Source: a virus. Taken from it: a stretch of 64,000 nucleotides of DNA. A model generated the notes under the pieces. That model was not told the DNA's origin and ran no database searches. It saw only the letters and a program-made list of their open reading frames with translations. The translations under genes were made by a program, and so were the position numbers. Shown here one piece after another: positions 26,167 through 34,584 of this stretch (positions are counted from its first letter, which is position 1; each line of letters begins with the position of its first letter). Location: positions 3,880 to 67,879 of IMG/VR virus record IMGVR_UViG_3300046517_001864, one strand, 5' to 3'.

Positions 26167-28838
26167 TGTCAGAATTCAACAAAGCATTCATCGAACGTAA
26201 ACTCGCACCGAAGCCAGAGTTCTGCTCCCGGTGCCCCATCAACGAATTTACCGAAGGTTACGTCCCACTCGAACGAGGATCGGGAACGGAGCTTTGGGTA
26301 GGCGAGGCGGCAGGGGATGAGGAGGCAAGTCGTGGAAAACCTTTCATTGGCGGTGCTGGTAGTTGGCTTAACAGTATGCTTCAGTCTGCTAGGATTTCTC
26401 GTAGCAGCATTAGTCTTATTAACACTATCGGCTGTCATCCACCTGACAATATCTACCCTGGTTCAGATAAGTGGAATTTTACTGATCGTGCCGTTGCTCG
26501 GCAGGCGATTGATTACTGTCGTCAACAACACCTTGAACCAGCGTTAGTCCAGCTCAAACCAACCCGGATCGTGGCTCTTGGCAACGAGGCGATGAAAGCT
26601 GTTACGCCTCGGCAGGGTGTATTGCAATGGCGCGGATCGCCGTTACCACTGAAGGGAGCTCTGCACGCAGGCCCCCGGGTGGTACCAACCTTACACCCTG
26701 CTTTCCTAATGCGACAGGCGGGATTGTTCTCAGTCGCGGTGAAAGACTTACGTCGTGGGTTGGAATTACCTCCGGAGAATTATGATCTATACCCTAGCAT
26801 TGATACTGTTAAAGCGTTTACTGCGACTACGTTTTCTTTTGACTTCGAGTGGGACACGCTCAATAACATCACGATGTGTGGTCTCAGTGATCGATGGTAC
26901 CATGCGATTGTTGTGCCGTTTGTTCAACCTTTTATCACCGAGCTTAAGAGGATATTCGAAGCAGCAGAATGCCTCATTGGTCACAATATCGTCGATGCCG
27001 ATACGAGCTACTTCGATTCGTTGGGATGGAAGGTAACGGCGAGGCTTCATGATACGATGCTCGCGCAGCATCTGATCCAGCCCGACATGCGGCATGGACT
27101 TGGGTTTGTCGCGTCAGTGTTTTCGTCAAAGGTGTTTTGGAAAGGTAGTGGGGAGGAAACAGAAGATGATGCTGGAAATATTCTTCCAACCGGAGCTCAA
27201 TGGCGGACGTGGGATAGCCCCGACGCAATACCTCGGGAGTTTGGAGGTTACGGAGGCTGTCGTTCGAGCGATGAAGCTTGGAGATTATATAACGCTAGAG
27301 ACACCGATGGGACACTCCAATGCGAAGCTCGTATCTTTCGGACCCTCCGGGATTTCGGGCAGGAGTTCGTCTATACGAACGTCTCGGTCCCAGCGGCGTA
27401 CATCTGCCGAGACATCAACCGAACAGGTCTCAGGATTAACCCCAACAAAGTCACTGAAATTAGGGATACACTCTCGCGAGAAATCTCCGCGACGGAAGCC
27501 CTCCTCCCGGAAGGGTTAGCAGCGTATGAAAAACCAATCACCAAACAAATTGAGGCTCCTGCTGGAACGTATGCGCCGAAAGTCTTACGGTGTAAGGGAA
27601 CTCGAAAAGCTGGAACAGTTCACGATCTGGTTGAGTGGACAGTATCCACTCCTGGAGTATGCGGATGTCCTACGTGTGGTAAGGAATTCTCTCCTAAACT
27701 TAAACAAGTTAAACGAATCAAAGTTCCAGGAACTAAACGGATTGTGCCGTGGAACAGCACGGCACAAGTAATCACGTATGCTAAAGCCAAAGGTTGTAAA
27801 GAAGTCCCGCACGCGAAGACCGGTAATTCTTCTGGAGACAAACGTGCCCGTAAAATTTGGGGCCGTGAACATACAGAATTCACCCTTGTGGATACTCTTA
27901 AGAGGCTTGTCACACAGCGAAATAGCTTCGCTAAAGAAGCATTGCAAGGTCTTGACTGGGTCAGGTTTCGCCTCGCAGTTACGGGTACTTCCGAAGGACG
28001 TCTCTCATGTTCTGGAGTCTATCCTGCGAACCTGAACCTCCAGAATCAACCCAAAGCGATCAAAAAGATCTTCATCCCTGATAAAGAAGGTTATGGAATT
28101 CTCTCCCATGATATCGTCCAAGGAGAAAACATGCTCACCGCATGGCTGGCGGAGGATTGGCCACGATGGGAGAGACTCAATACTCCGGGGTTTGATGAGC
28201 ATAGTTACATGGCTAGTCGGTTTTTCAATACCCCGGTTGGTCCAAATGACCCACTCAGAAAACCTGGTAAGGTTATCAATCACGGTCGGAATTACGGACT
28301 CGGTGAGCGGAAAACACAAGACTATCTGTCTTTGGAAGGATTCCAATTCTCGATTGCGGATATCCGAGAGATGATAAATATATGGAAAAAGGAAAACGCT
28401 CGTACCGCAGCATGGCAACAGGAGACCGTACACCTCGCACAGAAGCAAAGCTACCTCGACAATCCGTTCGGAAGACGGAGGTGGTTCCAAGGGCGAGACT
28501 TCGCTACCAAGGCATTGGCATTCTTACCGGCTTCGACACTAGCCGATATGGTTCTTCGAATGATGTTAGCTCACTACCCAGAGAGATTTGGATCAGAGAT
28601 TTTAAATTTAGGACTTGGTGTTTGTACATCGCTAATGGAGAACTGGCGTTTGGCTCTACAAGTCCACGACGATCTCGTATTCATCGGTCCAGATGAATCC
28701 CACCGCGAGATGGCCCAACGCACCCGAGCGGTGATGTCGCAGGAATGGAAAGAGCTTGGAGGTTTCCACTTCCGGGTGGAGACGAAGTATAGCACCACGA
28801 CATGGGGTGATGGGAAGGTTCTGGAGATGGTGGCATGA
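26166..28838 (+). CDS. family A DNA polymerase with N-terminal family-4 uracil-DNA-glycosylase-like domain and 3'-5' exonuclease domain
   Basis: N-term 'GEAAGDEEASRGKPFIGGAGSWLNSML' = UDG family-4 motif A, 'HPAFL' = motif B; 'FDFEWDT' exo I; 'RKPGKVINHGRNYGLG' = PolA motif B (RRxAKxxNFGxxYG); 'QVHDDLVF' = motif C. Confidence 0.9.
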   Translation: MSEFNKAFIERKLAPKPEFCSRCPINEFTEGYVPLERGSGTELWVGEAAGDEEASRGKPFIGGAGSWLNSMLQSARISRSSISLINTIGCHPPDNIYPGSDKWNFTDRAVARQAIDYCRQQHLEPALVQLKPTRIVALGNEAMKAVTPRQGVLQWRGSPLPLKGALHAGPRVVPTLHPAFLMRQAGLFSVAVKDLRRGLELPPENYDLYPSIDTVKAFTATTFSFDFEWDTLNNITMCGLSDRWYHAIVVPFVQPFITELKRIFEAAECLIGHNIVDADTSYFDSLGWKVTARLHDTMLAQHLIQPDMRHGLGFVASVFSSKVFWKGSGEETEDDAGNILPTGAQWRTWDSPDAIPREFGGYGGCRSSDEAWRLYNARDTDGTLQCEARIFRTLRDFGQEFVYTNVSVPAAYICRDINRTGLRINPNKVTEIRDTLSREISATEALLPEGLAAYEKPITKQIEAPAGTYAPKVLRCKGTRKAGTVHDLVEWTVSTPGVCGCPTCGKEFSPKLKQVKRIKVPGTKRIVPWNSTAQVITYAKAKGCKEVPHAKTGNSSGDKRARKIWGREHTEFTLVDTLKRLVTQRNSFAKEALQGLDWVRFRLAVTGTSEGRLSCSGVYPANLNLQNQPKAIKKIFIPDKEGYGILSHDIVQGENMLTAWLAEDWPRWERLNTPGFDEHSYMASRFFNTPVGPNDPLRKPGKVINHGRNYGLGERKTQDYLSLEGFQFSIADIREMINIWKKENARTAAWQQETVHLAQKQSYLDNPFGRRRWFQGRDFATKALAFLPASTLADMVLRMMLAHYPERFGSEILNLGLGVCTSLMENWRLALQVHDDLVFIGPDESHREMAQRTRAVMSQEWKELGGFHFRVETKYSTTTWGDGKVLEMVA

Positions 28839-29188
28839 TCTGGCCTGATGGACATGTTAGTGATGAAAAGTTTGAGAAGATCTACACATGGATACCGGCG
28901 CATAATAATAAACGTCAATATGCTTTTATCGGCTGTATCTATCCTGAACACCGAATCTTTCAAACTACTTTCTATCGTCATGATGATTATTTCGCAATCC
29001 CAAACGAAGAAGTGATGATGTTACGATGGTTAAAAAATCATGATCGATTTGATACTATTCGATTAGTAAGCCGTGATCGTGAATACATTGGAGATCTTAC
29101 CTGGGAAGTTTTTATTTCTAATCTCGAAGATAACGCACCAGGGAATAAGTTCATGAATAATAAGTTCGTACCCACGTGTTTAGTATAA
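28835..29188 (+). CDS. hypothetical protein (117 aa)
   Basis: ATGA-coupled to polymerase. Confidence 0.45.
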   Translation: MIWPDGHVSDEKFEKIYTWIPAHNNKRQYAFIGCIYPEHRIFQTTFYRHDDYFAIPNEEVMMLRWLKNHDRFDTIRLVSRDREYIGDLTWEVFISNLEDNAPGNKFMNNKFVPTCLV

Positions 29189-29203
29189 AGGAGGGACACT
29201 AAG

Positions 29204-29392
29204 ATGTCTCAGGAAGATCGGATAGCGGAGCTGGAACTCGCGTTGGAGAACCTGCTAGAGTGCTTTGAGGAAACCCCCACAGGGTTTGATATTGAAACCT
29301 CGGATGGGATAGGTCGGATAACCGAAGCCGCCGAGGAGATGGTTATTCAAGCTCGGGAGGCGTTGGATCACGACGATGCTACGGGAGAATAA
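29204..29392 (+). CDS. small acidic protein (62 aa)
   Basis: SD AAGGAGGGACACTAAGATG. Confidence 0.4.
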   Translation: MSQEDRIAELELALENLLECFEETPTGFDIETSDGIGRITEAAEEMVIQAREALDHDDATGE

Positions 29393-29853
29393 TGGCTGAT
29401 CAATTTGAAGTAGTAGTTACAGCGTTTATCTTTCAAGAAGATAAACTTCTCCTAACTCGGCGATCACCGAATAAAAAACGTTTCCCGGGATTATGGACCG
29501 TTCCAGGCGGGCATCTTGAGAAATCGGATTTTCAGAATCGTTCAAAAGATGGTGTGTATTGGTATGATGTTCTTGAGATTGCTCTACAACGAGAAGTACG
29601 AGAAGAAGTTGGTTTAGAAATCAATAATATTCGTGTTGTAGAGAATCTTGCAACTATCGATCCTTCTGGTGCGGTGCTAGTTTTATCTTGTACCGCGAAC
29701 TACGTTAGCGGAAATGTAACATTACAACAAGATGAAACAGATGCATTTGGTTGGGTAGAAAGAAATGAGGTTAAGAATTATGATCTTATCAGCGGTTTAC
29801 CGGAAGAAATCGAACGAGCGTTTGAAAGGCGAGTAAGTAATGCTGCGAATTAA
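29392..29853 (+). CDS. Nudix hydrolase
   Basis: 'LLLTRRSPNKKRFPGLWTVPGGHLE' plus Nudix box variant '...ALQREVREEVGLEI' (REUxEExGU). Confidence 0.7.
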   Translation: MADQFEVVVTAFIFQEDKLLLTRRSPNKKRFPGLWTVPGGHLEKSDFQNRSKDGVYWYDVLEIALQREVREEVGLEINNIRVVENLATIDPSGAVLVLSCTANYVSGNVTLQQDETDAFGWVERNEVKNYDLISGLPEEIERAFERRVSNAAN

Positions 29854-30028
29854 AATTGGCTGTCCTAACCATCCTCGGTACAATCCCGAGCAGGGAGAGG
29901 GCGCGATTCGAGGGGCGTGTAAGTTTTGTTATGGGTTGTTTGGGTTATACAATCAATACCTAATCCTTCAAAGTATGGAATGGCGAGATCGACATACCGA
30001 AACCGAGGATGAACTTGGCGGAATATAA
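29840..30028 (+). CDS. small Cys-containing protein (62 aa)
   Basis: ORF overlapping Nudix stop. Confidence 0.3.
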   Translation: MLRIKIGCPNHPRYNPEQGEGAIRGACKFCYGLFGLYNQYLILQSMEWRDRHTETEDELGGI

Positions 30029-31235
30029 GATCCCCCTCCCTGAGGAATCGTTCCTCAACCTATGGGTTACCCGTTTCGAGAACACCGAGATCTGGCATTC
30101 GTGGAAGGTTGCCACGGGGCTTGCGATGATTGGTGCTGTACTGGGTCGAGACGCTATGTTCGACTACGGCGAAGTAACGCCTATCTGGCCAAATACTTCC
30201 GTAATTCTAATCGGCGAGTCGGGAGATGGGAAAGATACGATTATCGCGCCGAGCGAAGAAGTGCTACTCGCCTGCGGGATACAGCACGTCGCTGGAAAGA
30301 CAATCGAAGCGGTGAAGACGTCGTTGTTTAACATCGGAAAGACAGGTAAGAATGCTATCGGTTTTATCGCGGCTAAAGAACTATCTGAATTCCTTGGAAG
30401 CAAAGACTACCAAGCCGGACTCATTCAATCGCTTACGGATTTACTATCGAATAACAAGCTCGTTGATATCACCACCAAATCCGACCTCGCATTCGGACAA
30501 CCGAAGTACATCCGCAACCCGACGTTAACGATGTTTGGGGGATCGACGGTTGATTGGTTTCAATCCTCCCTGCCGGTAGATACGATGAAAGGCGGATTCC
30601 TCCCACGGTTTATCATCATGACCGAGTTCGATAAACGAGCTGCGAAGATGAAGATGATTGATAACCCGGGGAAGTACGAATCCACCGATCAACGCGATCG
30701 GGTCCGTGCTTCGAAAGGTGCGTTCCTGGATCAGATGAAAGCCCTTCGAAGAATGGTTGTGGAAAAAGGTCCGATTCGGTTCATGGATAATGAGGAAGGG
30801 GAGTATTACTTCAAGAACTGGTACGCGAATCGGTTCTCGTACTTCCCCCGTTCGATGAAAGCCTATGCGAATCGATCCGGGAATCTCATGCGGAAGGTCG
30901 CGATGCTCATGGCAGCGAGCCGTTGGCATACGTGGATCGATGAGGTCGACTACGCATTCTCGTCGGAGTTCATCCGATACGGGGCGGGACGGCTCGAAGA
31001 TACAATCCTCTCCACCTCCCGAGAGGTGATCGTTGGGAAGGATATCCTTGCGTTACTCCCAGCAGATCAAATGACGATCCTTCGCAAACTCTCAAAAGTT
31101 CACACGATGTTCTGGGTAAAAAACGGCATCCGGTTCCTCGTGGAGTCAGGTCAGGTAGTAACCCAAAAGGGTGAGTTGGTAGAAGTGAAAGAAGAACAAA
31201 AGGAGAATAATGTCAGCACCACTACATCGGCTTAA
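30009..31235 (+). CDS. P-loop NTPase (408 aa); helicase-/VirE-like or kinase, family unresolved
   Basis: Walker A-like 'VILIGESGDGKDT'; no other motif recognised. Confidence 0.4.
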   Translation: MNLAEYKIPLPEESFLNLWVTRFENTEIWHSWKVATGLAMIGAVLGRDAMFDYGEVTPIWPNTSVILIGESGDGKDTIIAPSEEVLLACGIQHVAGKTIEAVKTSLFNIGKTGKNAIGFIAAKELSEFLGSKDYQAGLIQSLTDLLSNNKLVDITTKSDLAFGQPKYIRNPTLTMFGGSTVDWFQSSLPVDTMKGGFLPRFIIMTEFDKRAAKMKMIDNPGKYESTDQRDRVRASKGAFLDQMKALRRMVVEKGPIRFMDNEEGEYYFKNWYANRFSYFPRSMKAYANRSGNLMRKVAMLMAASRWHTWIDEVDYAFSSEFIRYGAGRLEDTILSTSREVIVGKDILALLPADQMTILRKLSKVHTMFWVKNGIRFLVESGQVVTQKGELVEVKEEQKENNVSTTTSA

Positions 31236-31881
31236 AAAGGCCGATATCGTATGGTTAGGTGGACACTCATGCAAAGCCCACCAGCATCGTTACATTGAAC
31301 ACTACAAGTGTTACTTGAAAGAACATCCGGAACAGGATGAACGGCGGGCTTACTTTGATATCGAGGCGAGCAACCTTGATGCGGATTTTGGAATCATGCT
31401 TTCGTGGGCAATCAAACCCTCGGATAGCAAGGTAGTAATCGGAGATGTACTTACACCAACTGATGTCAAACGTGGGTATGAGGATAAGAGAATTGTCCAA
31501 TCAGCTATTGATGCCCTTGGACAGTTTGATCGAGTTGTTACCTATTACGGAACTGGTTTTGATTTACCTTTTCTTCGTGCTAGGGCTCTTATCGTTGGTG
31601 TGGAATTTCCAACCTTTGGGACCCTTAAGCACAAGGATCTCTACTACACCGTAAAGTCGAAGTTCAAACTGAGCTCACGACGGTTGGAGAACGCCTGCCG
31701 ACATCTGATCGGGCAGACGGACAAAACTCGAATCGATGCGAAGTACTGGCGGAACGGGGTCCGGGGCGATCCAAAGAGTCTGAAGTACATCTACGAACAT
31801 AATCGTTACGATGTGCTGGACTTGGAGAAGTTGTATGATAAAATCATTAGCTTTGGAAAGGTGAACAACACGAGTATATGA
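31210..31881 (+). CDS. DEDDh 3'-5' exonuclease (DnaQ-like)
   Basis: Exo I 'YFDIEASNL', Exo II 'YYGTGFDLPFL', Exo III 'YEHNRYDVLDLEKLY'. Confidence 0.65.
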   Translation: MSAPLHRLKKADIVWLGGHSCKAHQHRYIEHYKCYLKEHPEQDERRAYFDIEASNLDADFGIMLSWAIKPSDSKVVIGDVLTPTDVKRGYEDKRIVQSAIDALGQFDRVVTYYGTGFDLPFLRARALIVGVEFPTFGTLKHKDLYYTVKSKFKLSSRRLENACRHLIGQTDKTRIDAKYWRNGVRGDPKSLKYIYEHNRYDVLDLEKLYDKIISFGKVNNTSI

Positions 31882-32243
31882 GTCAGGAGATTCTTGCTAA
31901 GGGAGTTTATCCCCCAGCAGCTCCTGCCGGTACCAAACACGACTCTGGAAAGGACCCATGGGATCTTGCCCCATGGGACTCCTTTCGGGAGGTCGTACGG
32001 GTGCTGGCTTTTGGGGCTACGAAATATGCTCCGCGTAACTGGGAGAAAGGGATCGTATTCTCTCGGTTGTACGCGGCGACGATCCGACATCTTACAGCGT
32101 GGTGGAACGGAGAGGATGTAGATCCTGAGACGAAAACATCCCATCTCGCTAACGCGATGTGTGACGTCGGGTTCCTACTCGCGTTTGTTATTCGAGGAAG
32201 AAAGGATTTAGATGACAGGCCAAGAAGCAGTTCAGTATCTTAA
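31878..32243 (+). CDS. hypothetical protein (121 aa), resembles small phage domain family found beside nucleotide pyrophosphohydrolases (SGKDPWDL...FGATKY...RH...GED.D.E...HL)
   Basis: ATGA-coupled; motif resemblance only, family name uncertain. Confidence 0.4.
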   Translation: MSQEILAKGVYPPAAPAGTKHDSGKDPWDLAPWDSFREVVRVLAFGATKYAPRNWEKGIVFSRLYAATIRHLTAWWNGEDVDPETKTSHLANAMCDVGFLLAFVIRGRKDLDDRPRSSSVS

Positions 32244-32748
32244 CTCTCAAGCGGAACGGTTACCCAAGGAGGTAGCCACTCTGTGTTATGAGATTACTAA
32301 CGCGAAGGAGTTTGCCGAAGGGTGGGCTTCGACTTCGAAGCATCATGCCTATGAAGGCTCGCTCCCGATCCACGTTGCGGAGGTGATGGAAGTAGCCCTT
32401 GCAATAGCAGAGACGAAAGCCACAAAGGAAGTAAACCTCACCGTGTTAATCCCAGCAGTGATCTTTCATGATTGTATGAAAGTGAGAGATAACCCCGGTG
32501 GAGTCAAGTCTGATTACTATTCTCAGATCTACCACATCGCTGGAAGCTACGCCTGCTGGCAGAACCTTGCTCAAGGAATGTTTCCCCCTGAGTACGTTGA
32601 CGCTGTGGGGCATTGCATACTTGCACATCACGGGCGGAGGGATTGGAAAGCTGTGGTGGAGCCCCAGACAATCGAAGCATGGATACTTCACTTCGCGGAT
32701 ATGGTGTCGGCGGGGTATGGTAAGAATCGAGAAGCCCCAGATGCGTAA
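32212..32748 (+). CDS. HD-domain phosphohydrolase
   Basis: H...HVAEV / FHDCMK / HCILAHHG / LHFADM spacing typical of HD metal-dependent phosphohydrolases. Confidence 0.7.
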   Translation: MTGQEAVQYLNSQAERLPKEVATLCYEITNAKEFAEGWASTSKHHAYEGSLPIHVAEVMEVALAIAETKATKEVNLTVLIPAVIFHDCMKVRDNPGGVKSDYYSQIYHIAGSYACWQNLAQGMFPPEYVDAVGHCILAHHGRRDWKAVVEPQTIEAWILHFADMVSAGYGKNREAPDA

Positions 32749-33325
32749 GAAGATCTCCTTCGATTGTGATGGAGTGATTGCGGAGGGCGGGTGGGTGGAT
32801 GTACCCGACCGCACCAATTCGTTCTATTTCAAAAAATCCCCGTTACCAGAAGCCATTCCTTCTCTAGAATGGCTTTCCACGGTGTATGACATCTACGTAA
32901 TTTCCACCCGAGGACATGAGGATGCCAACCTCGGACTTCGAGCGTGGCTGCACTTCGGCCTACGGCTCGAACTGGATACAATCGCGGGGGTAATCACATA
33001 CCCCAACTCCCCAGATAAGGACAGAGATGCAGTTACCAAAATGGATAAATCCGCTGTTGTTCGCGCTCTTGGTATTTGTTGCCACTTTGATGATGATCCA
33101 GTTATGGTTGAAGCCTGTGGTAGCGCCGGTGTTCTTGTGCCGTCCGATATGCCCGTGAGTATCGCAGCGGCGAATCGACTACCTACCGCAAAGGACTGGG
33201 ATACGATTCGGACGTTTCTCACCACGCCAGGGATGACCTTGCATGGGTCGAATGGAATGTCGATCGTTAGCCCAGCGGATGTAAAGAAGGAATACCCTAA
33301 ACTCAAACAAGAGGTGGTGATGTAA
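32741..33325 (+). CDS. HAD-superfamily phosphatase (5'-nucleotidase-like or sugar-phosphate phosphatase)
   Basis: Motif I 'ISFDCDGVIA' (DxDGV), later 'CHFDDDP'; ATGCGTAA overlap with HD gene. Confidence 0.55.
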   Translation: MRKKISFDCDGVIAEGGWVDVPDRTNSFYFKKSPLPEAIPSLEWLSTVYDIYVISTRGHEDANLGLRAWLHFGLRLELDTIAGVITYPNSPDKDRDAVTKMDKSAVVRALGICCHFDDDPVMVEACGSAGVLVPSDMPVSIAAANRLPTAKDWDTIRTFLTTPGMTLHGSNGMSIVSPADVKKEYPKLKQEVVM

Positions 33326-33471
33326 TGTTCTTCCTACGATCCCTTTGGATGACAATCCTTGCGGCGTTCCTGATCCTCCTTGCCACGTGGTGTATGGAGG
33401 ATCTAATCGGACGAACCGCTCCGATGATCCCCCAGCAGAACTACGACATGAGCGAGGATAGACATGTTTGA
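33325..33471 (+). CDS. 48-aa membrane micro-protein (MFFLRSLWMTILAAFLILLATW...)
   Basis: TAATG coupling to HAD gene; 8-nt overlap with SPFH gene; single TM helix. Confidence 0.3.
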   Translation: MFFLRSLWMTILAAFLILLATWCMEDLIGRTAPMIPQQNYDMSEDRHV

Positions 33472-33988
33472 TCGGCTGATCCAATTCTTCATCGACTCAC
33501 TCAAACTCTTCCAGTTCTTCGCCGTGGTGCGAAGCTACGAAGGTGGGGTGATACTTCGGTTTGGAAAATTCCACCGCATGGGGAACCTCGGCTTCAACTG
33601 GCTTTGGCCATTCTCAATCGAAGAACTTCACTTTGATCACATCGTCTTGCGAAGCTCCGCCGTCGGACCACAATCCGTCACAACCAAAGACGGTGTGAAC
33701 GCGGTGATATCCATCGTAGTGATGTTTCGAATCGATGACGTGAAACAATGGTTGCTCGAACTCGATCACGGCCCGACTGTACTCGACAACCTCGCCTGCG
33801 GACTGATGTCCCGTAAGGTGATGGATCACACCTGGGATGAGCTCGTAGCGATGGATCTCGCGGATGAACTCGCGAAGATCGTTCGACGTCAGGCGAAGAA
33901 ACTCGGGGTGGATATCATCCAAGTGCAGGTAACAGATTTTACGAGGAGCCTATCTTTCCGGTTGATTGGTCACCAACTGATGGGATAG
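33464..33988 (+). CDS. SPFH/band-7 (stomatin/prohibitin/HflK-like) domain protein
   Basis: 'VVRSYEGGVILRFGKFHRM', '...VTTKDGVNAVISIVVMFRIDDV' match SPFH core pattern (V..ge.gvv.rfGk ... TkD...v.vd..v.yrI.D). Confidence 0.6.
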   Translation: MFDRLIQFFIDSLKLFQFFAVVRSYEGGVILRFGKFHRMGNLGFNWLWPFSIEELHFDHIVLRSSAVGPQSVTTKDGVNAVISIVVMFRIDDVKQWLLELDHGPTVLDNLACGLMSRKVMDHTWDELVAMDLADELAKIVRRQAKKLGVDIIQVQVTDFTRSLSFRLIGHQLMG

Positions 33989-34052
33989 GTAAGGAGGCGG
34001 TTGAGGACGCCGGTCTGATGGAGCCGGAAGTCCTCCCGCCTAGTGAGAGAGT

Positions 34053-34253
34053 ATGATAACAGATAAGATATGTCCCGTATGTAAACATCCTCGACATGAA
34101 CATCATCGGGGTTATGGTGGCCCACCATACCACTACCGATGTTGGTTCATGTGGGATCCTGATTCAGACTTTCCCGATCCGTGTTATTGTGAGCATGAGT
34201 TTCATGATGGAGTTGATTGGGAAGGAAGACCGCAAACCAAAATGAAACGTTAG
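34053..34253 (+). CDS. small Cys/His-rich metal-binding protein (66 aa), last gene of rightward block
   Basis: CPVCKHPRHEHH...YHYRCW...CYCEHEFHDG. Confidence 0.4.
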   Translation: MITDKICPVCKHPRHEHHRGYGGPPYHYRCWFMWDPDSDFPDPCYCEHEFHDGVDWEGRPQTKMKR

Positions 34254-34480
34254 TGAGAGTTTAAGATATGAGCAAGCAGCACTCCACCAAACGCGAGGAG
34301 GACAAATGTCACAACCGACAGAGCCCCGATCAACCGACTACGGTACATCACGAGACTCTTCACGTCTTTGTTAATCTTATCAATCTCCCCAGGTTGTCCG
34401 TTTCCAAACAATCTCGTATGCATCTCCCGAACGAGGGTACTTACTTCAATCAGCATGTCTCGGTCGGTCTGGTTGTTCAT
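34250..34480 (-). CDS. small protein with C-terminal TM helix (76 aa), last gene of late operon; holin/lysis-accessory candidate
   Basis: LIGALSVVTFVLLAFGGVLLAHIL TM segment; SD AGAGGAAAATGACAAATG on minus strand; converges on 34053..34253. Confidence 0.45.
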   Translation of the reverse strand: MNNQTDRDMLIEVSTLVREMHTRLFGNGQPGEIDKINKDVKSLVMYRSRLIGALSVVTFVLLAFGGVLLAHILNSH

Positions 34481-34584
34481 TTGTCATTTTCCTCTTAGGA
34501 CCTCTCGCCCCGCGAGCTACGATCCAAAAATCTTTCTTTAAATCTCGGTCCCACGTACGATCCCAGGGCTTCGGCGAAATCAGA

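Noticed and set aside
31878-32748. 2-aminoadenine (Z-base) pathway (DatZ/MazZ-like HD and pyrophosphohydrolase)
   Set aside because: No PurZ-like adenylosuccinate-synthetase homolog (no GDEGKGK-type P-loop protein) was seen anywhere in the window. HD/Nudix enzymes alone are not specific.
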